From Octopus vulgaris (Eukaryota): DNA of 64,000 nucleotides. Positions 11,054 to 26,305 of the stretch are shown here, piece by piece. The notes below the pieces were generated by a model that saw only the letters and a program-made list of their open reading frames with translations, was not told where the DNA came from and did not search any database. Each line of letters begins with the position of its first letter. The first letter of the stretch is position 1. The position numbers and the translations under genes are program-made. The stretch spans positions 43,090,001-43,154,000 of the forward strand of contig OX597829.1 of NCBI GenBank assembly GCA_951406725.2. The letters run 5' to 3'.

Positions 11054-11790
11054 CGAACAGAGATGCTGTCTGTTCGACACACAGACAGAGATTTATAACT
11101 CTGCGGCAGATAAAAGTAAGATTTGTTATTAAGATCAAAAGTAAAATTGGCGATCAGCCGTATGGCAAGAAGCGGAGAGCGCCGCACCGTAATATGGTGG
11201 AGGGTGATGCAAATCTGGGTGAAATGAAGTCGACACAAAGCTGGTTGTTTGCAAATAATGGTCAGAAGACAAACTGTGTCGGATGCTTCAACAAAACATC
11301 CGAAAGAGCTCAGTTACATTGTTAAAATATCACGTTTCGCACACAAGCCTTTCAAAGCCATAAACCCTATTGGACCAGCTAACATCACACCAGTGTGTCG
11401 TTTGGACAAATTTCTGACCTCTTGCACTGATTTTACAGTTGTCCGTTTTAATTTGGCAACAATTTTTATTTATCATCTTTTGCTTTATTCTTGTTTCGGT
11501 TATTTTGTTATATAAACAATTAAACAAGTTTGATCCCTTTTTTTCGCTTGTTTTTTTTTTGTCTTTGTTGTTGTTATTTTAGTTCTCTTTTCGACTGATT
11601 CCAATCTTTTGTTAGTGGTTCTTATTGTTGCTGCTTTAGTTTCCTTTTCTTGTTGAGCCACAGGTCAGTGATGTTCAAAGAGGCCTATGGTCAAAGATAT
11701 CCGAGCCATAACCATAATCTTCACCTTCTCTCTCTCACTCTCTCTCACTCTCTCTCTCTCTCTATCTATCTATCTCTCTCTCTCTTCCTA

Positions 11791-11846
<56 letters not shown>

Positions 11847-12176
11847 TCTCTCTCTTTCTCTCTCTGGCGCCGAATGGAAATCTACCAACTTCTGTCTTTC
11901 TTTTTTATTGTCGATTTTAAGACGATATTATAATGTGGTGGTGCGTAGTGAACGAAGTTTTTCAGAATACTGTTTTTTGCATAGTCGGGTGACCGTGTTG
12001 GTGATTATTGTCGTGATGCTTGTTGTTCTATTGTCCATCCAGGTTCTATTGTGATTTTCTCTTTCAAATATAATGATACTGAACATGGTGGAAAATCGTA
12101 ACGAATAATTCAGCGTGTTAGGGGCTTTCGTATCTCTTTACTCTCCGCACAAATTGTACCCTGCTGACGACTATCG

Positions 12177-12238
<62 letters not shown>

Positions 12239-12264
12239 ATTATATATATTTAAATATATATATA

Positions 12265-12620
12265 TTCTTTTATTTGTTTCAGTCATTTGATTGTGGCCAT
12301 GTTGGAGCACCGCTTTTAGTCGAGCAAATCGACCCCAGAACTTATACTTTGTAAGCCTAGTACTTATTCTATCGGTCACTTTTGCCGAACCGCTAATTTA
12401 CGGTGACGTAAACACACCAGTATCTGTTGTCAAGCGATGTTGGGAGACAAACACAGACACACAAACATACACACACACACACACACATACACACACACAT
12501 ATATATATATACGGCAGGCTTCTTTCAGTCTCCAAGAAATTTGCTCCATGTGCCACGCAGTGGGACTGAACCCAGAACCGTATGGTTGGTTGAGAAGCAA
12601 GCTTCTTACCACATAGCTTC
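12265..12620 (-). mobile_element. SINE family B (diverged, internally deleted)
   Basis: Reverse complement of the family B body seen at 17239-17648. Confidence 0.85.
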
Positions 12621-12641
12621 TCATGTGTATTTATATATATT

Positions 12642-12697
<56 letters not shown>

Positions 12698-12721
12698 TGT
12701 GTGTGTGTGTATTTATGTATT

Positions 12722-12773
<52 letters not shown>

Positions 12774-12814
12774 GACATATATATGCACATGCATACACAC
12801 CCCACGCGCGCGCT

Positions 12815-12883
<69 letters not shown>

Positions 12884-13114
12884 GTATAAGTTAGAGGTCT
12901 TTAAACCCTCTAAGGGATAGATATATCCAAAGGCACTTCTGGTAATTATTTCAGTAGGTATAGTCCTTGGTAAAAGGTATACGGGAGCAGGTAATTTTGC
13001 GAATAAACCGTAGTTTAATGTATATAGACGATAAGAAAATGGAGGAAAAATAGCAATATGAAGTGTGTCTTTTGCGCTAGGAAGTCATTATTTAATTAGT
13101 TAAGAAAGGTTCTT

Positions 13115-13700
13115 TAAATTTTCACCTACCAAATTCACTCACAGGGCTTTGGTCACCCCGTGGCTATAGTAGAAGACACTTGCCCAAGGTGCCACACAGT
13201 GGGACTGAAACCGGAACGATGTGGTTGGGAAGCAAGATTCTTACTACACCCCAACGCCTGCGTCTACATATATGTGTGTGTGTGTGTATGTGTGCGTATG
13301 TGTGTATGTGTATGTACACATATATGAAGATATGAATTGAAATTAACGGTGCATACTCTTTACTCTTTTACTCTTTTACTTGTTTCAGTCAGTTGACTGC
13401 GGCCATGCTGGAGCACCGCCTTTAGTCGAGCAAATCGACCCCGGGACTTATTCTTTGTAAACCCAGTACTTATTCTATCGGTCTGTTTTGCCGAAACGCT
13501 AAGTGACAGGGACGTAAATACACCAGCATCGGTTGTCAAGCAATGCTAGGGAGACAAACACAGACACACAAACACATACATACACATACATATACATATA
13601 CATATATACGACAGGCTTCTTTCAGTTTCCGTCTACCAAATCCACTCACAAGGCATTGGTCGGCCCGGAGCTATAGCAGAAGACACTTGCCCAAGATGCA
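13115..13700 (-). mobile_element. Two SINE family B pieces (13115-13263 5' part; 13354-13700 3' part with (CTCTTTTA)n tail)
   Basis: Direct similarity to 17239-17648. Confidence 0.85.
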
Positions 13701-15192
13701 TGTGTACGTATATACCAATTTTTATATATTTGTATCTTTTTGGAATTTATATCTCTGAAGTATTTAATTTTCAGCGAGAAAAAACGAAATATTATTCACT
13801 TCAAACGAATTCTTTTGCAATGTTTGTCCTGCAATGAGAGTTACTGCCGTCAGAAATTTAGCAAACCGGTAATTAATCTGCTGAAAATCTGCAAATAAAA
13901 ATGCTATTTTACATTTGTACCAATTGCGTTATCAAATAAAATTAATTACTGATATATATATCTAAATCTAATTAATACTTTGTGGGTATTTTGTCAACAT
14001 TATATAATTCAAATTGAACTATATCTTCATTCAAGAATCGAAACCGGACCTTTCGCCGAAATACGACGCCCGCTATGAACTGTTATATATTTGTTTACAT
14101 CGTAGAGTTATGAAAATTCGCCAGCTGCAGCATAACCTAGTCAAAGGGGTGTCATAAAATCATAGCATCCTCCTTATTTTAGTCTTCTCAGCTTCTTTAC
14201 CCTTCTCACTTTCCTGTTTCATTCGTTTTTTTTTCTTCTTCTTCTTTCTCCTTTTCGTTCCTCTTTTTACCTGCCTTTTCCTTTCTCGCTTGCTCTCGTA
14301 AGCGCTTTCACTCGTTATATATCTTTATCTCACCCTCGTCTTCTTTTCATTTTTACGTCGTCTGCCTCTTATGTTATCGTCTGCTTGCCTCTTTACTTGA
14401 ACAATTTCCTTCCTTTTTTGTTTTACACTTAACTTTGATGTAAATATGGAAGCAAAGACTTGTTAGCCTCGCTGTTATAAAACAGCCGAATTTTGGGATT
14501 TACTGTATCACTTAACACTTTTATTTCAGAATTTTTTTTATATTTGTGCATTAACTCTCTTTTAGTTTTAGGAGTGCATTTGTTGTTGCTGTTGTTTGCT
14601 TCTTCTTTTTTTTTTCATGAGCAAAAAAATAACCAAACTTAATAAAATTTCAGGAAGATCTTGATACATTTCCTGTGACCAGGGCAATTCCTTTTCAAAG
14701 GAGCCATAAACCCATGCTGGAACACTCCTTAGATCAGGGCAGTTTTCTACGCTAAGTTTATGAGCAAGTTTGCGACTTCTACTTTTTCTCTGTTTTAGCT
14801 TTTTCTTTATTTAAAAAAAAATCTATCTTTCTATCTTGATAATTATGTCGGTACACAAGCACGCGCGCATGCGCACACAGATGCACACACACACACACAC
14901 AAATAAACATACTCATTTACATATACACTTATTGGCAAATACATATACACACGTGTGCATTTTCAAGATTATGCATATAGACATAGATGCACATACACAC
15001 ACAAGTATACACATAGACATATATGTGAGTACATATATATATATATATACCTAACTATATAGACATATATGTGTGTGCAAGTGTGTGTGTTATGTATGTA
15101 TATATATATATATATACATACATATATTATATACATGTATATATATGCATATATATGTATAAAATAACGAAGGCAGCTTACATATCTATTTA

Positions 15193-15252
<60 letters not shown>

Positions 15253-15969
15253 TATAAAATTAAATGGATCATTAAAAGTAACAAATGATAAGCCACACGA
15301 AATGTATTATCTTGACGCTCACTAAAGGTGGAAAAAAAGAGTAGGTTTTTGTTAAAGTTTCTAGCACAGTTCAGAAATAGGAGAAGGGAAAGGTCCGGAA
15401 AAGGAAACCAGTCCAGGAAAAGTACATGTGTAGCGCCGATGTATATAGTAAATTGCTTAAACTATAAAATCTGATAACGCTCTAGTTAAGTTTACTCTCT
15501 CATCTACTCATGAAGGCCAGGGGAGTACGAATAGCTTTATGTACACATTCACACTAGAAACATCAATCGATATCTTGGCAATGAATATAAGTTTGTTTAT
15601 TTTAATATATATTCTTCGGTTTAAGTCATTTTTATATACTTATATATTACGGCTCAGAAATTTAAATCTCTATTTCCTTGAATTTTTGCCACACATTTTG
15701 TCCTGCAGGAATAAAGTTTTTCGGAATATCGCGATTTTTGTCTAATTCCTTGAAATTTTTGCTATGTGTTTCTTCTCGCAGGGATAAAGTTTTCGCGATA
15801 TCTATGAAATAATAGTATAGTATATAGTTCTCTTGTAGATGCATATGTCAACGTTAGCCATTTTCCTTGGCAGCTTCTTGCAATCTGAAGTTCTCAGCAG
15901 CCTCTCGTCGCTCGAATTACAACCCACCGCCGAAGGACATTTGCAGAATCGTTAGCACGCCACGCAAAG

Positions 15970-16176
15970 CTACGATGGGCCGGTCAGGTCACAAGGTTCA
16001 CAGAGTATCGGTGGACCCGTGCAGCGGTCGAGTGGTACCCGCACGGATGGAAGAGACAACTCGAAAGATGATTTAAGAAAGATATTTGGAACAAGCTGGA
16101 GGGGAATGAACAGAGAGCTGTGACCAGCGGAGCCGACTTGGCACCAGACAGCCTTACCGATCCAGGTGATCCAGGG
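15970..16176 (+). mobile_element. RTE-type LINE 3' remnant following a SINE A head fragment
   Basis: Translates RWAGQVTRFTEYRWTRAAVEWYPHGWKR, typical of an RTE ORF C-terminus; ends with the short tandem GATCCAGGTGATCCAGG. Confidence 0.65.
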
Positions 16177-16387
16177 GATTTACTTCTAAATTGCTTTATT
16201 AATGTTATAAAATCGCAGTAACTTTCTTACAGTAGTTACTGTATTTAATACCTCCTGTTGAAACGAGATTATTTAGTATGATTATTTAGTATACATACAG
16301 TACTATGCGCAAGGGAGTGCATACATTGAATATATATGCTTACATAAATATATGTATCTTTATTTTCCAAGCTTTTAATGATATTTA

Positions 16388-16830
16388 AGGCGGTGAGCTG
16401 GCAGAATCGTTAGCGTGTCGGGTAAAATGCTTAGCGACATTTGTTCCGTCTTTATGTTCTGAGTTCAATTTCCACCGAGGTCGACTTTGCCTTTCATCCA
16501 TTCGGGATCGATAAGGTAAGTACCAGTTAAACACTGGGGTTGATGTAATCGATTTACCCCTGTCCTGTGTAAAAACTTAAAACACTGGGGTCAATGTATT
16601 CGACATGTCCCGTTCCCCGAAATCCCAGGCCATGTGACTATACAAGAAAGGATGTTTATGTTTAAGCTATAAGGCGGCGAGTTGGCAGAATTGTTAGCGC
16701 AATCGTTAGGACAAAATGCTTAGCAGTATTTTGCCCGTCTTTACATTTTGAATTGAAATTCTGCCGACGTCGACTTCAACATTCATCCTTTCGGGGTCGA
16801 TGAAATAGATACCAGTTGAACACTGGTGTT
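16388..16830 (+). mobile_element. Two diverged SINE family A copies (16388-16655, 16671-16830)
   Basis: GGCGGTGAGCTGGCAGAATCGTTAGC heads and CATCCTTTCGGGGTCGAT cores. Confidence 0.85.
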
Positions 16831-17238
16831 GCTGGCGTTGGGCTAAAGCTTCAAACACTTATAATATTTTTAGCTATGTTTATATAATTTCATAGACTGT
16901 AATACCTCGTCTATCGCAGATGCTATGTTTCAAAACTTCTTGCGTCAGGTGAAAATCCGCGAAGTAGAAACAGTACTGTACTGTATATATTTTTAAATCA
17001 TTTTAATAATTTGTATATATTTATTTTATTATAAATGCAAAACAACACCACACACTCACCTGCTGGGTTTCATTTTCCATAGAGTATATGCGATTCTTTG
17101 TTTACGCATCTACAGTACAACTATTTTATTTTAATACCTTATTTTTATTTATTAATATATGAATTTTTAGGCGTGAATATGCTTATTTTATCACAGATAT
17201 AATTAAAATTTAAAAAATTTATATACCTATATAAAAAT

Positions 17239-17648
17239 AGGCGCAGGAGTGGCTGTGTGGTAAGTAGCTTGCTTACCAACCACATGGTTCCGGGTTCACC
17301 CCACTGCGTGGCACCTTGGGCAAATGTCTTCTACTATAGCCTCGGGCCGACCAAAGCCTTGTGAGTGGATTTGGTAGACGGAAACTGAAAGAAGCCCGTC
17401 GTATATATGTATATATATGTATGTGCATGTATGTTTGTGTGTCTGTGTTTGTCCCCCTAGCATTGCTTGACAACCGATGCTGGTGTGTTCATGTCCCCCG
17501 TCACTTAGCGGTTCGGCAAAAAGAGACCGATAGAATAAGTACTGAGCTTACAAAGAATAAGTCCCGGGGTCGATTTGCTCGACTAAAAGGCGGTGCTCCA
17601 GCATGGCCACAGTCAAATGACTGAAACAAGTAAAAGAGTAAAAGAGTA
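17239..17648 (+). mobile_element. tRNA-derived SINE family B, full length
   Basis: tRNA-like head (GTGGCTGTGTGGTAAG ... GGGTTCACCCC), CORE-like ACCTTGGGCAAATGTCTT, internal (TA)/(TG) microsatellite, (TAAAAGAG)n tail; possible TSD ATACCTAT at 17223 and 17649. Confidence 0.9.
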
Positions 17649-18020
17649 ATACCTATCTGTCGGAGAGACCCGCGATATGCTGATGAGTGCGCGATATATA
17701 TTTACATATATTGGCCAGAAACATCCGTGGTGTACTGAGTGCGCGATAGATGAGCAGCGATATGGGAAGTGATTACCGTGTTAACGATCCGAAATTTTTA
17801 GTATACGCATACATGAAGAAATACGTTTTATTTGCGTCTGTAATATATAGCTTTAATATCATGTATTCGTGCGTACGTGTCTGCCTCGTTAATCATCAGC
17901 CGAAATTGCGAAGATGATCCGGTTCTTGACTGAAGATTGAAGCCTTCGAATGTCCCGTCCGTGTTTTTTGTATCGTCTTCTAAATGTTTTACGTTCTTGT
18001 CCCAGTTTGTATTTTTTTAC

Positions 18021-18110
<90 letters not shown>

Positions 18111-18799
18111 CAGCAAACCATTCAAACACTGAGATTTGAAATCAGATGTCACTACTATTCATATCATGTGTGGATAAATTTTAAAATTGATGATATCACC
18201 AGCAGTGACATAGGTGGGTCGCGAGAGCAATAGCATTAAATAGCTATGAATTATAAATTTGCATGAAGCGTAAGGATGCTTAACAAGCATCTACCTGTTA
18301 GAAATCAGAGCTAAAGTCTTAAATTAATCCACCGTACAGAGAAAAACAGTATGCGAGAAAAACAGAAAGAATTAAAATGGTTAACAGCACAGCATATATA
18401 TATATATATATATGATATATATCATACATGCATACATATATATATATTTATGTGAGTATATATATATATATAAATATATATATATATAAAGAGAGAGAGA
18501 GAGAGGGAGAGAGGAGGAGGAGGTGAGATAAAGATGGAAAGATAGGGAGAGAGAGAGAGGGACAAATAGAAAGTTGCATATATACCCACATACATACACA
18601 GAAGGGTACCACACAAACTGCCGAATATATAACTTAGAGTAAGCAACATAAATGGTGCGAGAACGTGAAGGGCAATAAAGACTTCATCCCGGATACATAC
18701 CATTTACGTCTTGGACAAATCATACACGCATACACACACACATATGTATAATATATATATATGTATATATATGTATGCATGCATACATACATACATACC

Positions 18800-18877
<78 letters not shown>

Positions 18878-18880
18878 TAC

Positions 18881-18918
<38 letters not shown>

Positions 18919-19071
18919 GAGAGGAAGAAGAGGGAGACATTATAGGATATACTAAAACATTTATAATCCTTTGGACAAACTACAAAGAGTTTCTTTCTCA
19001 ATGTGGTTTATATGTGTGTGTATATACATACATCACCTACATATGTATTTATGTATTTGCATACATACATA

Positions 19072-19127
<56 letters not shown>

Positions 19128-19233
19128 TATACATATATATATACATATGTATATACATATATATATATGTATATATATATATATAAGTAGATATATGTAT
19201 ATTGTATTTATATATGCATATATATATACATGC

Positions 19234-19264
<31 letters not shown>

Positions 19265-19849
19265 GAGAGAGAGAAAGAGAAAGACAAAGAGTGAGAGAGT
19301 AACAAATAGTATATACATATATATATATGCACATATATATGTATATATGTATGTATGCGTGTATGTATGTATGTATGTATGTATGTATGTATGTATGTAT
19401 GTATGTATGTATGTCCTTGAGGACGGGGTCTTTGGAGAGAATTTTCATGGCGCTTCCATAGCACCAAGAATCTTTGGTAAAGCTGTGAGTGTGAGTTTAA
19501 ACTTGAGAATGTTCATGCTCACATGATCTTATATTGCATTTTTGTGACCATGGGTGTTCCGCCATGTTTCATGTTTTGTGTTTACTGTTATTTTTTTTCT
19601 TCTTCTTTCATTCTGAAATTAACCTGTTTCCACCCTGCTTTTAATTTTTACATGTGTGTTGATGTAATTCTTCATCATTTGTTTTATTATTATTTTTTTT
19701 TTCGCTCTTTGTGAGATAGTGGTAGGGCGTACGGTGCATAAGACGTTTTATATTTCTACATAAAAGCTAAAGTTCGTATCCAGTTGCTACCACTCACATT
19801 TTAACCGTTTCATCTCTATCGTCACTATATCACTACCACCAGCAGCATC

Positions 19850-20427
19850 ACAACCATCATCATCATCATCATCATCATCATCGTCGTCGTCATCATAATT
19901 ATCATAATTATCATCATCATCGTCATCATCCTATCTTCATTATCATTATCATGATCATGATCATCATTTCACCATTATCTTTGACATCATCAGTTATTTT
20001 ACTTTAGTATTTATTATTATTATCATAATTATTGTCATTGTCATCATCATTGTCATCATCATCATTATCATCGTCATCATTGTCATCATTGTCATCATCA
20101 TTGTCATCATCATCATTATCATCGTCATCATTGTCATCATTGTCATCATCATCATTATCATCGTCATCATTGTCATCATTGTCATCATCATTGTCATCAT
20201 CATCATCATCATCGTCATCATTGTCATCATTGTCATCATCATTGTCATCATCATTGTCATCATCATTGTCATCATCGTCGTCATCATCGTCATCGTCATC
20301 ATCGTCGTCGTCATCATCGTCGACGTCATCATCGTCATCGTCGTCGTCGTCATCATCGTCGTCATCATCGTCGTCATCATCATCATCATCGTCGTCGTCG
20401 TCGTCGTCGTCATCGTCGTCGTCGTCG

Positions 20428-20501
<74 letters not shown>

Positions 20502-20855
20502 ATGAAGGTGGTGAGGTGACAGAATCGTTAGCACGCCCGGGCAAAACCCTCAGCGTCATTTCATCCATCTTTACGTTCATAATCCGCGGGGATCGATAAA
20601 ATAAATAACAGTGGTGATGATGGTGGTGATGGTGGTGGTAATGGGGATGTTGGTGGTGGTGATGGTGATGGTAGTGGTGGTGATGGTGATGGTAGTGGTG
20701 GTGATGGTGATGGTAGTGGTGGTGATGGTGGTGGTGGTGGTGGTGGTGGTGGTGGTGTGGTGATGGTGGTGGTGGTCGTAGTTGTGATGGTGGTGGTGGT
20801 CGTAGTTGTGATGGTGGTGGTGGTGGTAGTAGTGGTGACAATGGTGATGATGATT
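19850..20855. repeat. Compound trinucleotide tract (TCA/TCG)n, (TTA)n, (TGG/TGA)n with an embedded degraded SINE A head (20505-20605)
   Basis: Direct reading; it explains the poly-D/M/S/H/T ORFs. Confidence 0.95.
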
Positions 20856-21832
20856 ATGTTTATCTTCAAAGCTGAATTCGGTTCCGAATTTCCATAAGTT
20901 TGTGTTTTGTTATTATTATATGAAGTTTATTTTCGATTATGTTATTGTTGCATGTTGTCTTTAAAGTCATCAGAACCATAAGTAATGCTGTACCGGTTCC
21001 GTTACTCGCCTTGCGGGGCAAAGTTTTGAGGAAGAAAAAAACTATTTTTCGGAGGAAAAAAAAACATTTCAAAATGGCGTTGTCTTCACCGTTGAGCCAA
21101 GAAGAGAAAATCTTGAGACGAGGTTTTGAAAGCGAAATTTATGTTGCGGCATCACTTTCTCCTTCGAAATTTTCCAGACACACGAAAAAATTGTAGCAAC
21201 AGTATCAGCAGGAACAACAACAACAATACCACAACAACAACAACAACAACAATAAAGATAGCAGCAGCAGCAACAGCAGCCACATCAACAACACTAATAG
21301 CAAGAACAGCAGTAAAAACAGTAACCGGAAGCAGCAAATCGAGCATTCTGAACACCGCCATTAACATCACTACTACTATTATTTGTAGAGTAAACGATTT
21401 TGTTTAACATTCTCATGTTGGTTCATAATTACCACTGCTACCGTTCGTCCACCCTAAGAGTAGCCCAATTGTTGCAAATGTACGAGCGAAGGTGTTCCAG
21501 CTTTGACCATCCCGCTTTTTTTCTTTATCCGCTTCGCACATTTTTAATTGTGCGAAATAAAATTTCAGAGAGATTCAATGATTATTTGTCGCAGATCGTG
21601 CGACTACTGACAAGATGCTTACTGGCTCAATTTCTTTGCTTTTTTTCTTTTCTTTTCTTTTTTTTTTCTTATACCCGATTTTTTTTTTTTTCGAAGCAGC
21701 ATGTTTTATATAGATTTATCATAATATTTCATAATTCTCCATGTTTGTAGTGTTTTATGGATTTTGTAATTTTAGCTTTATCCAATTCGAGTTTGAAATG
21801 ATGAATAAAAACGCCACATAAACTGCCGGCAT

Positions 21833-22255
21833 ATACTCTTACTCTTACTCTTTTACTCTTTTACTTGTTTCAGTCATTTGACTGCGGCCATGCTGGAGCA
21901 CCGCCTTTAGTCGAGCAAATCGACCCCGGGACTTATTCTTTGTAAGCTCAGTACTTATTCTATCGGTCTTTTTTGCCGAACCGCTAAGTGACGGGCACGT
22001 AAACACACCAGCATCGGTTGTCAAGCAATGCTAGAGGAACAAACATAGACACACAAACATATACACACACACTTATATATATATATATACATATATACGA
22101 CAGGCTTCTTTCAGTTTCCGTCTACCAAATCCACTCACAAGGCATTGGTCGGCCCGAGGCTATAGCAGAAGACACTTGCCCAAGATGCCACGCAGTGGGA
22201 CTGAACCCAGAACCATGTGGTTGGTAGGCAAGCTACTTACCACACAGCCACTCCA
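21833..22255 (-). mobile_element. SINE family B, full length
   Basis: Reverse complement of the 17239-17648 type with (CTCTTTTA)n tail. Confidence 0.9.
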
Positions 22256-22840
22256 GCCAATACATACATATTGAACAACAAATCAATAGCTTATTCGTGT
22301 TGATCTACTTCAATAATGTTGATTGTCCAACTTCATGTTCTTATTTTATTTACTTGTTTATTTTTATTTATATATTTTTATTTTTATTCCGACAGATGGC
22401 GTGTCCGTTTGATTGCTCTTGGCTCCTGGCTGCATTGTACAACGTCCAATACGACCTCCTAAACAAAAGGGGAAGAGACAAAATATCCTCCTTGAAATGT
22501 AAGTCATATAAAAAGAAAATTAGAAATAAATTATTGTAAAGAAAGAAAGAAAGAAAGAAAGACAAACTACGGCAAAGCAAACAACAAAAATGGTAAACAA
22601 AGCACCCTACGTCCAATGAATATGACATGGGATGAAACATGGCTCCGTTAATCTTTGATTTCCCCCTGATATGTCTTTCATTTTTTTTCTTTCCACTTTC
22701 GGGTTCAGCTGTGTAGAAAAGGATAAAGAAGGGTCGAAAAGAGAGACAGTTTAAGACACTACACATACTTATATAAATATACATGCATACATGTATATAA
22801 ATAAATATATACACACACACAAATACATAAATATGTAAAC

Positions 22841-22880
<40 letters not shown>

Positions 22881-22913
22881 GTGTATGTAGAAAAAGAGAT
22901 AAGTAGATAGATA

Positions 22914-22959
<46 letters not shown>

Positions 22960-23184
22960 CACGAAAACATATATATTTCACTTGTAACTAATGTACACAG
23001 TGGATTTAAAGTATAATCTCTTCTGTAGGGCTTTCACTAAATCTAGATGTGTGTAGAAATTGACATAGTGAGTGTTATATATACAAGGGATAGAGAAATA
23101 AATATACAGACACACGATCACACGACGCTGTTAACATATGAACATATGTATATATATTGATGTATGTACACAAGTTAACAATTT

Positions 23185-23217
<33 letters not shown>

Positions 23218-23281
23218 TGATATATATTATATGTATATTCGTTATATGTATATATATATGTGTGTGTGTGTATGTATGTAT

Positions 23282-23338
<57 letters not shown>

Positions 23339-23343
23339 GTAGG

Positions 23344-23386
<43 letters not shown>

Positions 23387-23439
23387 ATAGAAAGATATGT
23401 ATGCGTCTACACACATATACACAAGAGAGAGATAAATAT

Positions 23440-23496
<57 letters not shown>

Positions 23497-24147
23497 GACA
23501 AAGAGATGATGAGACAGAGGAACAGAGACAAATGCTGGAATATGAATGCATTTACCATTTTTTCGGAATGCCCACAGTATACTTATACCTTCATTCTATA
23601 AACTCATCTTGCGTGTATATGTGTGTGTGTATACATATATATGTGTGTATATATGGTTCTTTGTGAATTTTCATATGTATGTATGAATGTATGCATGTAT
23701 GTATGAATGTATGCATGTATGTATGAATGTATGTAGGCACGCACATACCTGTCGATATACACTCACACTGACAAATACTAGCGTATGGTCAAATCTATAG
23801 GCACACGAACACACGAATCGATGTACGTGCGTGCATACGTGCGTGTGCTAACTTGCGTGCACGCTGACATGTACTCCGAAATACATGTGCCGTAGAAAAT
23901 GCTCGCACGCGTACCTGGATCTTGAAAGACCCATATATATGTAGCTAAATATATATATATATACATACATAATTATACACACACATATATATATATATAT
24001 ATATGACTGTGTGTGTATAAGTGTATGTATATGTATGTATATATATATATGTATACATATATGTATATATGTATATGCTCGCATATATATATATCGTACA
24101 ATATGTAATCAGTTAACAGACTAATTCGTATATACACACACATATAT

Positions 24148-24192
<45 letters not shown>

Positions 24193-24320
24193 TACGCAAT
24201 TTATTATGTTCGCAAAAATATAATCGCATAATCACATAATGGAACGTAACTCAGTCGAAGAACGTGCTTAACCGACGGTGTATAACATATATTCCGGTTA
24301 ATATATATGTGTGTATATAA

Positions 24321-24363
<43 letters not shown>

Positions 24364-25171
24364 TATATATACATGCATACATACATATATATATATGTAT
24401 ATATACATACATATATATATGTATATATACATACATACGTATACAGCTACGTATGTATATGTATATATATATGTATATGTATATGTATAAATATATACAT
24501 ACACACGCACGTACTCACCCACATATATAAAGTCTCATACACACACACACGCACGCGCACACACTAACGCACAGTGTACAAGTGTAAAGCAGAAAGCAGA
24601 ATAAGGAACTCTTCATGCTCGACAGATGGCTATTTTAATATCTCCGTTATTTATTGATTTAGGTGATCGATAGAGCTTTGTAAAAAAAACAAAACCAAAA
24701 AAAAAAACAAAAACAAAAAACAGATTAACCTTTTCTTCCTTTCTTCTTAGCGACACTTTTTTTTGTCTTGGAGATTGTATTGTAGGTATCTAATTTTGCT
24801 TCCTTTTCCCCCGCTTTTGCTGTTGGCGTTAGTTGTTTCGCTTCGTAGTTTTGCTTCGTACAATAAATAAACGGCCGTATGTGCATGCGTGTTTGCGTCT
24901 CTGTGTATGTGTTCGTGTCTGTGTCTGTATGTTGTGTGCATCTGTGTGTGTGTGTATATGTGTGTGTAAGTATGTGTGTGTATGCGTGTAAGCGAGCGTG
25001 CGCTCACGTGTATGCCTCTGTGTCGAGTGCTCGAATATGAATGCGGTGAAGATAACACGTATTGAATACGTCTATTCAAAAGTTTCGTTTCAATTTTTCA
25101 ATAGGTTTTCATTCGATGTATTTATACATATTACACAGATGGGGATACGAACAAACACACACACACACACG

Positions 25172-25225
<54 letters not shown>

Positions 25226-25236
25226 CACACACATGC

Positions 25237-25271
<35 letters not shown>

Positions 25272-25861
25272 CACATGCACACACACACACACACACACAC
25301 AAAACACACACACACACACACAAAACACACACACACACACGCACACACGCGGTACATATTCGTTCAGATACGCACACACCTTACTCCGCCATTTCTCTAT
25401 TTTTTTCGTTTGTTTGTTAATAGAAAAATAATCGTTTCTTAAACAAAAAAATGTGATTACTTCTTGCAACCTACTTCTTGACATTGCAAGATAAACACAT
25501 TCTTGTAAAATAAAACAAATAAAAAAAAATATTCAATCTCATAATTAACAAAGCTTCAAGGCTGAAATACAAGATTTTGTATGTTTTGTTTGTTGTTGTA
25601 GGTTTTGTTTATATCGTGTGGACGCATGCACGACTCTGTGGCTTAGAAGCTAGCTTTACAATTACATCGTGTCGTATTTTAGCCCTTTTGTACGGCATCT
25701 TCTATATCAAGGCTGTTGGAGGAAAAGAAACACAATCGATATTCGTGTTCGAATTTGCCAGAATATCTTGCGAATGAATGAATGAATGAATTACGTTATA
25801 AGTTACGATCTTCACTGTTCCGTGTGAACCCATTGAATTATATCGTGTTTTGGCAGATGAA

Positions 25862-26270
25862 AAGCGGTGAGCTGCAGAATCGTTAGAACGCCGGGTAAAA
25901 ATGCTGAGCGGCATTTCGTCTGCCGTTACGTTCTGAGTTCAAATTCCGCCGAGGTCGACTTTGCCTTTCATCCTTTCGGGGTCGATAAATTAAGTACCCT
26001 GTTACACACTGTGGTCGATGTAATCGGCTTAATCCGTCTGTCTGTCCTTGTTTGTCCTCTCTGTGTTTAGCCCCTTGTGGGTAGTAAAGAAATAGGCATT
26101 TTGTCTGTCTTTACGTTCTAAGTTCAAATTCCGCCAAAACCGTCTTTGCCTTTTATTCCCTTTTAGAGTCGATAAAATAAGTACTAGCTAAGTACTGGGG
26201 GGGGCGGTTAATGTAATCTACTAATAAGGCCCATCAACAAAATTTCAGGGCTTCTGTCTCGAGTAGATAT
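25862..26270 (+). mobile_element. SINE family A, dimeric
   Basis: Same head and core; the second unit ends with the alternative AAAATTTCAGGG...GAGTAG tail. Confidence 0.85.
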
Positions 26271-26305
26271 ATTTATCGGTTTGCTGATAAACAAGTGACC
26301 CGTGT

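Noticed and set aside
17239-17312. tRNA genes at SINE heads (also 7755, 56640)
   Set aside because: A/B boxes are present but I could not build a complete cloverleaf, and each continues into a SINE body.
17885-17965. CTGATGA (minus) and CTGAAGA..CGAA (plus) hammerhead-like words; similar half-motifs at ~9220, ~10270, ~40135, ~42330 and ~61790
   Set aside because: Only half of the motif or broken stems in each; possibly decayed relics but not supportable individually.
21066-21196. AAAATGGCG start (YY1-like) and short ORF MALSSPLSQEEK...
   Set aside because: Short, no splice donor or recognisable homology; a single motif is not enough to call a promoter or exon.
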